The position numbers were made by a program, and so were the translations under genes. The notes beneath the pieces were generated by a model that had not been told where the DNA came from, ran no database searches, and saw only the letters and a program-made list of their open reading frames with translations. A stretch of 64,000 bases of DNA from a virus (taxonomy: Duplodnaviria; Caudoviricetes). The stretch is from positions 524 through 64,523 of the IMG/VR virus record IMGVR_UViG_3300047334_000093; one strand, 5' to 3'. This document shows, in pieces, positions 27,265-36,048 of the stretch. Within the stretch, counting starts at the first letter, position 1, and each line of letters starts with the position of its first letter.

Positions 27265-27759
27265 ATGCCCCAATTTGATCTTTACCCTCAGGCGACATCT
27301 CTGACGGGAAATGAAATTTTCCTAATAGCTCAAAATAACAATTCGGCAAACTGCACGCTTCGACAAATTGCCAATGTAATTCCCAACATTCAAGGCCCGG
27401 GCGTTTTGGTCGGTTCAGGCGTGACGGCAGGCGCAACAAGCGTCATAATTCCAAATTTGCCACAAGTGCCACTCCAGACTTCTTCATATCGGGTTACGGG
27501 GCAGTTTAATGGCCAAAGTGAAACGACCGGCGACCTTGTTAGCTTTGATTTTTCTGCTCTTTACAAACGCATTGGAACAGGAAACCTGACGTTAGTTGGA
27601 ACATACAACTCTAGCCAGTTTTATGCCGATTTGTCTGTTGCGCCCGCTACGGTCACGACTACGACTGGCGGTGGCAACGCGCCACTGATTAGTGTCAATG
27701 GCGTGTCTGGAATTTCGATTGATTGGAACTGGACTCTTCAAATTGTCCAAGGTGTATAA
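27265..27759 (+). CDS. putative fibre anchor/structural protein
   Basis: N-terminal P.ATSLTGNE..LI.QN fibre-type motif; no signal peptide. Confidence 0.6.
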   Translation: MPQFDLYPQATSLTGNEIFLIAQNNNSANCTLRQIANVIPNIQGPGVLVGSGVTAGATSVIIPNLPQVPLQTSSYRVTGQFNGQSETTGDLVSFDFSALYKRIGTGNLTLVGTYNSSQFYADLSVAPATVTTTTGGGNAPLISVNGVSGISIDWNWTLQIVQGV

Positions 27760-27760
27760 A

Positions 27761-27835
27761 ATGAAATTGCGGCTTTGTTTTATTGCAGTTTCGTTGCTGC
27801 TTGGCGCCGCTGCGCAAACGGTGCTGGAAACGTGA
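27761..27835 (+). pseudogene. signal-peptide-only mini-ORF (remnant)
   Basis: MKLRLCFIAVSLLLGAAAQTVLET*, GTGA-coupled to the next gene. Confidence 0.5.
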
Positions 27836-29244
27836 AATTCCGTTGGGTCATTTTGGCATCTTCGGCACTGCTCGCCGCGGCGGGGCCGATTAACCCTTAC
27901 CAGGTGGTTATTGGCACAACCGCCGGCACCCTGGCGGCGGGAAACGACAGTCGGTTTAGTGCACCAACCATCACGGGAGGCAGCATAAATGGCACTCCTA
28001 TTGGTTCTTCTGCGCCGTCAACTGGTTCATTTTCGACCTTAAATGCAACGGGCGGTGGCACTTTAGCGAATGAAACCTTAACTTCGCCAACCATTAATTC
28101 TTCGACCATTAATTCTTCGACCATTACAAACATGACCGAGAACAACACCGGTCAGATGTATCAAAACAACGGCGCACACATTTTTCGCTATGGCGATCGA
28201 GCCTTTATCGGCGCGGCATCGGACAACCCGGCAAATAGCAATCGCTCGCAAACGCCAACCGATTGGCTGACGGCGTTGATGCAAAGCACACCAATTGGAG
28301 GATATCCGGTTTACGGAGCGCAAACTGCATCGCTATCCCGCTACGGTGCCATCGGCTTGCTGGGCGCATCTCAGGCGTCTGACAGCCAGGCACAGTCTGG
28401 TCTGCTCGGCTACACGCCAGCCGCCATCGGTGTAGCGGCGTGGGGCATCAACGACGACACCACGACCGGCTCCACCGCCGTATCGGCGTGGGGGTTTTAC
28501 GGAGAAGGTTGGGCCAAAGGCTCGTCTTATCGGCCGGCATTCGCCGCAGAGTTTGAAGCCGACCGGTTCGGCACATTACCGACCGGCACAACCAATCCCT
28601 ACGCGACTAACGTCGGTGGCGGAGCTTATGGGCTTCAAATTGGGTCGGGTGGCGGACAGAGTTCGGGGACTGTGGATGCACAGGGCGCCATCGTGGTGGT
28701 CAGCAACCCGAACGCCTATCAGACGGGCCTTACGTTTGGGTCGACTGCAATAACGGGCACGAACGGCAACGACAACGGCTACGGCGAAGCAATTGGGCTG
28801 GCGAAAAACCAGGCCATCGCATGGCACACGCCAGAAACGACAGGCGGCGTGACGGGCGGCACAACAGGAGCATTGATCCGCTCCACCGTTACGCTCGGCG
28901 CCGACGCTTCCAGGATGGAATTTCAAAATGCTGGCGTGGTGTTCAGCAACGCGTCCGGGTTACAGATTTTCAGCATTTCGAATTCTTCGGGACCGACCAA
29001 TACGCTGCAAATTCAATCAGGCGCCAGCACACAGGCGGCGGGGATTTATGTGATTGAAGGTTCTGGCGGCAGCGCGAACCTGGGGCTTTATCCGGCCAGT
29101 GGTGGCGAATTAATCTTAAGCTCTTCTGTAACGCCTACCAGCACAACCGCTGCTTTAATACCTGCTTACGGATTTATGCACATAAATGTCAATGGCACTG
29201 AAATGAGAATCCCTCTATTTTCACCCACCCAAGCAGGGGGGTAA
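27832..29244 (+). CDS. tail-fibre-like protein with predicted signal peptide
   Basis: MKFRWVILASSALLAAA, then fibre motifs GTTAGTLAAGNDSRF and ITGGSINGTPIG...GSFSTL; C-terminal INVNGTEMRIPLF. Confidence 0.75.
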   Translation: MKFRWVILASSALLAAAGPINPYQVVIGTTAGTLAAGNDSRFSAPTITGGSINGTPIGSSAPSTGSFSTLNATGGGTLANETLTSPTINSSTINSSTITNMTENNTGQMYQNNGAHIFRYGDRAFIGAASDNPANSNRSQTPTDWLTALMQSTPIGGYPVYGAQTASLSRYGAIGLLGASQASDSQAQSGLLGYTPAAIGVAAWGINDDTTTGSTAVSAWGFYGEGWAKGSSYRPAFAAEFEADRFGTLPTGTTNPYATNVGGGAYGLQIGSGGGQSSGTVDAQGAIVVVSNPNAYQTGLTFGSTAITGTNGNDNGYGEAIGLAKNQAIAWHTPETTGGVTGGTTGALIRSTVTLGADASRMEFQNAGVVFSNASGLQIFSISNSSGPTNTLQIQSGASTQAAGIYVIEGSGGSANLGLYPASGGELILSSSVTPTSTTAALIPAYGFMHINVNGTEMRIPLFSPTQAGG

Positions 29245-29249
29245 TTTTT

Positions 29250-31358
29250 ATGATAAAAATATTGTTTTTGTTAATTTTAACAGTTACTCCCGCGTTAGCT
29301 CAAACAAACCCTAATTTTGGTTCTACGACTCAAACGTCTCAGAGCAATCTTAACACGGCTTTTTCAATAAAATCTGATCTTTCGACCACAACCGGAAGCG
29401 TTACAAATTTAGCAGCTCTACAAGCTCTTCCGGCCGGACAATTTCCTAGCGTATTTCGGCAAGATGCCGCGACCACATATGCGTGGAGTAGTACTCAATG
29501 CTCAATCACGGGCTCGCCCAATGTGACAGGCGGCATCCGTGGCGACAATGGTTTTCAGGTAGCCCCAGCAACAGGCACAGGTTGCTGGATTGCACAAGTC
29601 AATAACGCGCCAATTTCCATCACTTTGTGGGGCGCCGATCGCACGGGGGGCGTGGATGTTATCCCGCAACTCACAGCGGCTTGCTCTATTCTTCCTGGAC
29701 GCACTTTTTACTTTCCGTCTGGCGTGTATTTTGTCAATTCTTCTTACAACCAAACCAACGTTTGCAACGTCATTGGTGACAAAGGCGCAGAAACCAACCC
29801 ATTGTCGCTGACAAACCAAGGGACGTGGTTCAACATAACCAACCCGGCCATTACGCCTTTCATGTTCGGCACAGGCGCGGCTGGGTCGCGGTGGGCAAAC
29901 TTCAGCGTGTCGCAAGCGCAGCCTGCACCGTCAACCTTTACCGGCAGCATTTCTGGGACAACCCTCACGGTGCCTGGTATCGTTACGGGGCCGGCGCTTG
30001 CCGTTGGGATGTATCTCGGCGGGACTGGCGGCACTGCCATCCCCGCTGGGACTTACATTTCCGCCGTCAACAGCAGCACGTCCTACACGCTGACCTACGC
30101 GGCGGCTACGACGTTGACGATCGGAACTGAGTCGATGTCGGCATGGAAGCCAACATTATATAACAGTTCTATATTCCAAATTTCTAATGTATATGGAGGC
30201 CCATCATTTGATAATATAATGTTTTATGGAGTTTATAGAGGATTTTCTATATATAACTCAGGGCGTTCTAACATAAGAAACGTAAGCGGCCAGTTTTTTA
30301 ATACAGGAATTTATTACGATAATGACCAAGATACCAGCTTTGTTGATAATTTCAAAGTTTGGCCTTTTTGGAGTGTTGACCCATCGGTTGTTTCCTATTC
30401 GCAATACAACGGAGATGCGATTGTTTCCGGCAGACACGATACTCCAATGTGGGGAAAAATACACGTTCTTGGGATGAAAAGTGCTTTGCACTTGGTTTCA
30501 ACGCCATCCGGCGTCACCAGCGGATTGACGATTGACCAAATAGATGGAGACGACAACCTTTATACTTTGATGGTTGATAACAACAACACGACTGCCATGA
30601 TTGGCAAAATGTATAGCGCTGGCGGCGGTATTCCGAACAGCGAGGTTATTTACATTGGCGGCGCGTTTAACACGATTGACCTCGGCGAAACTAACATGGG
30701 TAATGTTGGGTGTGCAGCCGTGGATGTTTACGGTGCCACGGGTGGCAATATTATTCGCGCGTCTACAATGACGCTGACAAACATAAACCAAAATCCAAGT
30801 GGCTGCACGCAATCAGCCATTCGGATTATCAACGCAACAACGCCGAATTCATTCACAATGCCGATCCAACCTTCTCTTTTGAGCTACGCTGGATCAATTT
30901 ACGCGATTAACAACCAGATTAGCCCATCAACCACAAACGCCGTAATTGATGTGCCGATTACTGCGCCTTGGACCGCGACAATCCAAGGCAGCGGCGGCAC
31001 GGGAACTTCTACATATACTACCAGATATGGTGACTATACGGTCAAAGGTAACCAAGTTACGGTAAACTTTACGATCAACATTTCTGGCGCGTTTTCTGGG
31101 TATTCCGGAACAATTTCAATTGGTGGGCTTCCGTATTCGGCAGTTGGAACCAGCGCGGGTTATGGATGTCAAATTTATTATTACGCTTCTATTACCCCTG
31201 CATCAGGCAACACAGGCGTAACTGGAACAATTAGTGCAGGAGGGAGCCAGATCGTTCTCACGTCGGTCGGGGGATCAACGGCGCCTTCTCTCATAAACGC
31301 TTCGCAAATCGGGTCTAATCCGTCAATTAATGGAACTTGCACTTATATGAGGAATTAA
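29250..31358 (+). CDS. tailspike-like beta-helix protein with predicted signal peptide
   Basis: MIKILFLLILTVTPALA-Q; WGADRTG..D...YFPSGVY pectin-lyase-like cap; C-terminal WTATIQG...Y..R.G.YTV.G.QV...IGGLPY fibre domain. Confidence 0.8.
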   Translation: MIKILFLLILTVTPALAQTNPNFGSTTQTSQSNLNTAFSIKSDLSTTTGSVTNLAALQALPAGQFPSVFRQDAATTYAWSSTQCSITGSPNVTGGIRGDNGFQVAPATGTGCWIAQVNNAPISITLWGADRTGGVDVIPQLTAACSILPGRTFYFPSGVYFVNSSYNQTNVCNVIGDKGAETNPLSLTNQGTWFNITNPAITPFMFGTGAAGSRWANFSVSQAQPAPSTFTGSISGTTLTVPGIVTGPALAVGMYLGGTGGTAIPAGTYISAVNSSTSYTLTYAAATTLTIGTESMSAWKPTLYNSSIFQISNVYGGPSFDNIMFYGVYRGFSIYNSGRSNIRNVSGQFFNTGIYYDNDQDTSFVDNFKVWPFWSVDPSVVSYSQYNGDAIVSGRHDTPMWGKIHVLGMKSALHLVSTPSGVTSGLTIDQIDGDDNLYTLMVDNNNTTAMIGKMYSAGGGIPNSEVIYIGGAFNTIDLGETNMGNVGCAAVDVYGATGGNIIRASTMTLTNINQNPSGCTQSAIRIINATTPNSFTMPIQPSLLSYAGSIYAINNQISPSTTNAVIDVPITAPWTATIQGSGGTGTSTYTTRYGDYTVKGNQVTVNFTINISGAFSGYSGTISIGGLPYSAVGTSAGYGCQIYYYASITPASGNTGVTGTISAGGSQIVLTSVGGSTAPSLINASQIGSNPSINGTCTYMRN

Positions 31359-31619
31359 ATGATAAAATTTTCTTTTATTAAATTCCGATTATTTTCCATA
31401 TTATCAGCCCGCCCATGGACCGTGGACATTGCCAGCGGAACCGCTCTTTGTGCTCTCAGTTGGTTTTTCTGGTTCGACCCGTTATCCGTCATAAACCGAA
31501 GCGCCTATACGTTTTTGGACCGCCTTCAATTCCCATGGCTTGAAGGCGCGATGTTCGTCATTGGCCTCGGCTGGGCAATTTCCGAAACTTACAACTGGGT
31601 TACAGTTAGTCAAAGCTAA
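31359..31619 (+). pseudogene. truncated paralogue of membrane protein 45059-45442
   Basis: Shares RPWTVDI.SG...FF..DPL..I.R.A..FL..L but stops after about two TM segments. Confidence 0.55.
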
Positions 31620-31630
31620 GGTTTAGTAAA

Positions 31631-31894
31631 ATGAAAAAATTAATCTTTGTTTTTACAATAATTTCAAGCTCTGCTTTTGCACAATCATCTCAAACAGAAA
31701 TAACACTAAAATTGTCTCAAGAAGAATTGGGAATTATAGGGCAATCATTAGATGCAATGCCTTATGGAAAAGTTGCGCCGTTGTTAGAAAAACTTCGTTT
31801 GCAAATTTATCCACAACTTAATGCATCCAAACTCACAGATTTAACCACAAAAAAATCTGATGTAAATCCGGAAAAACCTAAGGAAGCGCCATGA
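31631..31894 (+). CDS. small fibre-associated (chaperone-like) protein with predicted signal peptide
   Basis: MKKLIFVFTIISSSAFA-Q, then ITLKLSQEELGIIGQSLDAMPYGKVAPLLEKLRLQ. Confidence 0.7.
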   Translation: MKKLIFVFTIISSSAFAQSSQTEITLKLSQEELGIIGQSLDAMPYGKVAPLLEKLRLQIYPQLNASKLTDLTTKKSDVNPEKPKEAP

Positions 31895-32613
31895 ACTACG
31901 GCGATTACACGGCATGGCTGACTGCTTTTGCGGCGGAAAACAACGTGGATGCCGTGTTTATGAACACGGCTATTCCGCGCATTATCGATTATGCCGAGCA
32001 ACGCATCTATCGCGAGCTTGATCTCCTTGAAACCCGCGTTCGCGATATTAGCAGCAGCACGACGGCCAACAGCCGGAACTTCACGGTTCCGGCGCAGATT
32101 GTGGTAGTCGAAGGCGTCAACATCGCCACACCGGCCGGCTCGACGCCTGACTCTGGCACACGCAATCAGTTAACCCCAACAACGCGAGATTTTTTGGATG
32201 CCGTGTATCCAAATTCATCGATTGTCGGTGTGCCAAAGTTTTTTGCCATGGTTGAGCAAAATCTTATGCTCTTTGGCCCGGCGGCCGATCAGGCTTATAC
32301 TGTTGAAGTCATCGGAACATTCCGGCCCGCACCGTTGTCGTCTACCAATTCGACAACGTTTCTTAGCCTTTACCTGCCTGACCTTTTCATGGCAGCATCC
32401 ATGATTTTTACAAGCGGTTACCAAAAAAACTTTTCAGCTATTTCCGATACGCCGGCCGCAAGTCAGACTTGGGAAGCGCAATACCAACACCTTCTCAAAT
32501 CTGCTTACACCGAGGAAGCTCGAAAGAAATGGACCGGTTTAGCATGGCGTTCTAGGTACCCTGATCCGACGCAGACTATTACGCCCGAGCCGGCGGGGAA
32601 TATGCCGCGGTAA
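31891..32613 (+). CDS. adaptor protein (second tail tubular A-like)
   Basis: MNY..Y...IPRIIDYAEQRIYRELD...G.PKFFA...GP..DQAY.VE...PDL. Confidence 0.75.
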   Translation: MNYGDYTAWLTAFAAENNVDAVFMNTAIPRIIDYAEQRIYRELDLLETRVRDISSSTTANSRNFTVPAQIVVVEGVNIATPAGSTPDSGTRNQLTPTTRDFLDAVYPNSSIVGVPKFFAMVEQNLMLFGPAADQAYTVEVIGTFRPAPLSSTNSTTFLSLYLPDLFMAASMIFTSGYQKNFSAISDTPAASQTWEAQYQHLLKSAYTEEARKKWTGLAWRSRYPDPTQTITPEPAGNMPR

Positions 32614-32619
32614 CGTTTC

Positions 32620-34554
32620 GTGCCAATTTCAAAGATTACGCTGGCGCCAGGCATTAATGTTGAAAAAACGCAGCAGCTTAATGAAGGAACGTGGTCATTT
32701 TCTGATCGGATACGCTGGCGCGACGGGTTGCCGGAGCCGATCGGCGGCTGGGTGCAGTATTATCCAACGGCGTTACCGCAAACAATCCGATCCTTGCACG
32801 CATGGCAAGCCATAAATGGTATAGAATATCTCGCTGCCGCCGGGACAAGTTTTGTCGGTGTTTTGACTAGCGGAACGCTTATGTCAATTGGTCCAAGCGG
32901 TCAAACTGACAGCATACCGACAACTCAAATAAGTTGTGTTTCTGGTGGAAATTTAGTTGAGTTTTCTGATTCTGGGTTGGTTTCTTCGGTTGGTGATTAT
33001 ATCAATTTTGTCACGCCAGTGACTTTTGTAGGGGCCGGGTATCCGCTCGTTTCTGGAGTTTATGAGATAACGTCAATTGCACCATCAATTCCTGTTCAAA
33101 ATATATTTTCAACTACAAATACTTTTTTGAGTTCTACCAGTGCAACACTTCCCACATTTTCTACCACATCTGGCAGCGCAACCGTAACGATAGCATTTGC
33201 AACCAATGCCTATTCGGTTGGAGAACAATTTACTGTTGCGCCTGCCCTTTCGGTTGGTGGCCTTACTCTTTCGGGCGCTTATACGATCCAATCAATTAAC
33301 GCGCTTGTCGGCTTTACCATAAACGCCGCATTCGCCGCGACTTCTACCGCAACAGCAACGCTTAATGGTGGGAACGCACAAATCCAATATCTTAGCCGCG
33401 GCGCAAACCTCGTGACTGGTGCGTTCTGGACCATGGACAACTGGGGAGAGATTTTGTTGCTTTGCCCGAATGGCGGCACGATCTACCAATGGTCTCCTGA
33501 AAACGGTGGTCTCCCTGCACAACCGATCGGTACAGCTCCGGCGCTTAATGGCGGCATTTTTGTCGCCATGCCGGAACAGATTTGCGTCGCGTGGGGCTCA
33601 ACCGGCACAGGCGGAACGACAGACCCGCTGTTGGTTAGATGGTCGGACGTAAACGACTATACCGATTGGACACCGACCATAACAAATCAAGCTGGAAGTC
33701 AGCGCATCCCAACCGGAAGTAAAGTTAAGGGCGCTATTCAGGCAGCAAACCAAGCTTTTATTTTTACTGATATTGACGTTTATGCAATGTCTTACGTGGG
33801 GTCTACTTTTGTTTTTGGATTTAATAAACTGGCTGATGGTTGTGGTCTGGTGGGGCCGTTTGCCGTTGGGGCGTTGTTTGGTCAAGTTTTTTGGATGGGA
33901 ATCGGACAATTTTTTGTTTACAATTCTGCTGGCGTTCAGCCGATGGCTTGTCCGATTTGGGATGTCGTCTATCAGCAGCTTGACACGAGCAATCTTCAAA
34001 AAATTCACTGCGGAATAAACTCGAAATTCAACGAGGTTTGGTGGTTTTATCCGTCTACCAGTGGAAGCGGTGAGGTCGACAGCTATATAAAAATTAACAT
34101 GCTTGAGCAAGCATGGGATTACGGCACTGTAGCTCGCACAGCTTGGGTCGACCAGTCGGTTCTTGGTTCCCCGATCGGCGCAGCGCCTGGTGGCATTCTT
34201 TATCAACATGAGACCGGCACGACGGCCAACGGTAGTTTGATAGGTGAATATGTCGAAAGCGGCGCTATTCAGATTTCCGAGGGCGATGATATCGTTTTTG
34301 TAGACTGGGTTTTGCCAGATTTTAAATGGGGTCTGTACGGAACATCCCCGTCTACAACCGTAACGATTACGCCAAAAGGCTGGATGTATGCCAGCGATAC
34401 CCCAACCGTATTCGGACCTTATAACGTTCAGCAATCAACGCAATTCTTTAACCCCCGCATTCGCGCTCGCACCATTTCTGTCCGACTCAACGGCAACGGA
34501 TATTGGCGCATGGGTTCAATTCGATATCGCGCCGCTCCAGATGGCAAGATGTAA
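32620..34554 (+). CDS. tail nozzle/stabilisation protein (P22 gp10/T7 gp12-like)
   Basis: PGIN...RWRDGLPE.IGGW...WTMDNWGE...VRWSD..DYTDW.PT.TNQAG...FNEVWWFYPS...RTAW.D...PDG. Confidence 0.85.
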   Translation: MPISKITLAPGINVEKTQQLNEGTWSFSDRIRWRDGLPEPIGGWVQYYPTALPQTIRSLHAWQAINGIEYLAAAGTSFVGVLTSGTLMSIGPSGQTDSIPTTQISCVSGGNLVEFSDSGLVSSVGDYINFVTPVTFVGAGYPLVSGVYEITSIAPSIPVQNIFSTTNTFLSSTSATLPTFSTTSGSATVTIAFATNAYSVGEQFTVAPALSVGGLTLSGAYTIQSINALVGFTINAAFAATSTATATLNGGNAQIQYLSRGANLVTGAFWTMDNWGEILLLCPNGGTIYQWSPENGGLPAQPIGTAPALNGGIFVAMPEQICVAWGSTGTGGTTDPLLVRWSDVNDYTDWTPTITNQAGSQRIPTGSKVKGAIQAANQAFIFTDIDVYAMSYVGSTFVFGFNKLADGCGLVGPFAVGALFGQVFWMGIGQFFVYNSAGVQPMACPIWDVVYQQLDTSNLQKIHCGINSKFNEVWWFYPSTSGSGEVDSYIKINMLEQAWDYGTVARTAWVDQSVLGSPIGAAPGGILYQHETGTTANGSLIGEYVESGAIQISEGDDIVFVDWVLPDFKWGLYGTSPSTTVTITPKGWMYASDTPTVFGPYNVQQSTQFFNPRIRARTISVRLNGNGYWRMGSIRYRAAPDGKM

Positions 34555-34937
34555 TGAGCGGAACCGGGGGAGGGTTTTCAGATATAGTAACAATTCTGAA
34601 AAACCTAAATCAGAACATATCGGTTTTAAATTCGAATTTGACAAAAATAGCCTCAGTTATTCCTGGGATTGCAAATGTTTCTGATGTTCAAATTCAATCC
34701 TTTCTTGGAACGACCAATTCAAGCGGGCAATTTTCTGTAACGTTTCCTGTTGTATTTTCAGCAGCACCAACGGTCGTGACTTCAAACGGCGATTCTGCAT
34801 CTGGCGAAGGTGAGACGGTGACGCCTTTAAAAAGTAGCATCACAACCACGGGTTTTACGGCACAATGGGCCACTGCCGTTGGCACCCCAACGGCTAGCGG
34901 CCAAGTTCGGCGCGTCAATTATGTGGCGGCGGCATGA
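34554..34937 (+). CDS. short tail needle/fibre with gp53/H-lectin-like C-terminus
   Basis: N-terminal coiled coil; VTFPVVFSAAPTVV...ITTTGFTA...NYVA. Confidence 0.6.
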   Translation: MSGTGGGFSDIVTILKNLNQNISVLNSNLTKIASVIPGIANVSDVQIQSFLGTTNSSGQFSVTFPVVFSAAPTVVTSNGDSASGEGETVTPLKSSITTTGFTAQWATAVGTPTASGQVRRVNYVAAA

Positions 34938-35536
34938 CGCTCTTTGCCACGATGCCCGGTATTGCCCACCGCGGCGGCCCGCCGCGTATAGCGCATCCTA
35001 TGCCGCACGCTGGCTTTGGTTCTCTTGGGCGCCAACACTTTGCCTCTGGGGGCACAACGTCGCCTGGCGTTCCGTTCAACCAAGGCTTATTGCATTCTGT
35101 TGTTCCGGGGCGTACCGACAAGTTGCCTGTTGACCTGCCGAACGGCGCCTATGTGCTTCCGGCTGACGTGGTTTCAGGCATCGGAGAAGGCAACACGACG
35201 GCTGGCGCGTCGATCCTTGACGGGATGTTCAGCGGAGCTCCTCACGGCGAAACCCGAGGGCCACACAACGCCATGCAGGCGCAGGTCAACCGAGGGTATG
35301 GGCCGCCCATGGCGCCTCCATCATATCAAATGGCTGCCGGTGGTGTTGTGGCTCATGAACCTCGCGCCAAGATCATTGCAGCCGGTGGCGAGTATGTTGT
35401 GCACCCCGATGCAGTGGCACGCATCGGCCACGGCGACATAAAAAAAGGCCACGACATCCTTGACGCTTTCGTCAAGCATGTCCGCAACCGGACGGTGAAG
35501 ACAATGCAAAAATTGCCGGGACCGAAGAAAAAGTGA
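34934..35536 (+). CDS. conserved virion protein (GRTD...YV.PADVV domain, twice)
   Basis: FASGG...PGRTDKLPVDLPNGAYVLPADVVSGIGEGNT.AG; MAAGG...AGGEYVVHPD.V. Confidence 0.75.
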   Translation: MTLFATMPGIAHRGGPPRIAHPMPHAGFGSLGRQHFASGGTTSPGVPFNQGLLHSVVPGRTDKLPVDLPNGAYVLPADVVSGIGEGNTTAGASILDGMFSGAPHGETRGPHNAMQAQVNRGYGPPMAPPSYQMAAGGVVAHEPRAKIIAAGGEYVVHPDAVARIGHGDIKKGHDILDAFVKHVRNRTVKTMQKLPGPKKK

Positions 35537-36048
35537 CAGACACGCAATCCATCGTCCGCATCGGCACAATGGACGATTGGGCATCCATGCTGGAGTTGCT
35601 TGACCTCATGTATGAGGAAAACAGCATCGTCAGTAAAAGCCAGGAAAAGATTGAGCAAGTTTTGCGTCGCGGGCTTAATCGTGATGGCGCCATTGTGGGC
35701 GTCATAGGTGCGCACGATCACATAGAGGCCAGTATTGGTTTGTTTGCGCATCAGTATTGGTATTCCGATGATTATCACATTGAAGACCATTGGTGTTTTG
35801 TTCATCCCAAGTTTCGGCAACCCGGAAAGGGTGGTGGAAATCGTCCAAGTTATGCGCGCCAATTGTGCAAGTTTGCGAAGAAATGCGCTCTTGATCTTGA
35901 CATTCCGTTGCTGATTGGCGTGCTCTCCAGCCACCGAACCGAAGCAAAGGTTAACCTGTATCGGCGCAATTTTGCCGAGGCTGGAGCTGGGTTTGTTTTT
36001 AACGTGAAGCACGGCTCGTTCGTGGAAGCTCCACATAATCATGGGTAA
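35533..36048 (+). CDS. GNAT-fold acetyltransferase-like virion morphogenesis protein
   Basis: WYSDD...FVHPKFR...ARQLCKFAK; position before ejection proteins. Confidence 0.7.
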   Translation: MTDTQSIVRIGTMDDWASMLELLDLMYEENSIVSKSQEKIEQVLRRGLNRDGAIVGVIGAHDHIEASIGLFAHQYWYSDDYHIEDHWCFVHPKFRQPGKGGGNRPSYARQLCKFAKKCALDLDIPLLIGVLSSHRTEAKVNLYRRNFAEAGAGFVFNVKHGSFVEAPHNHG

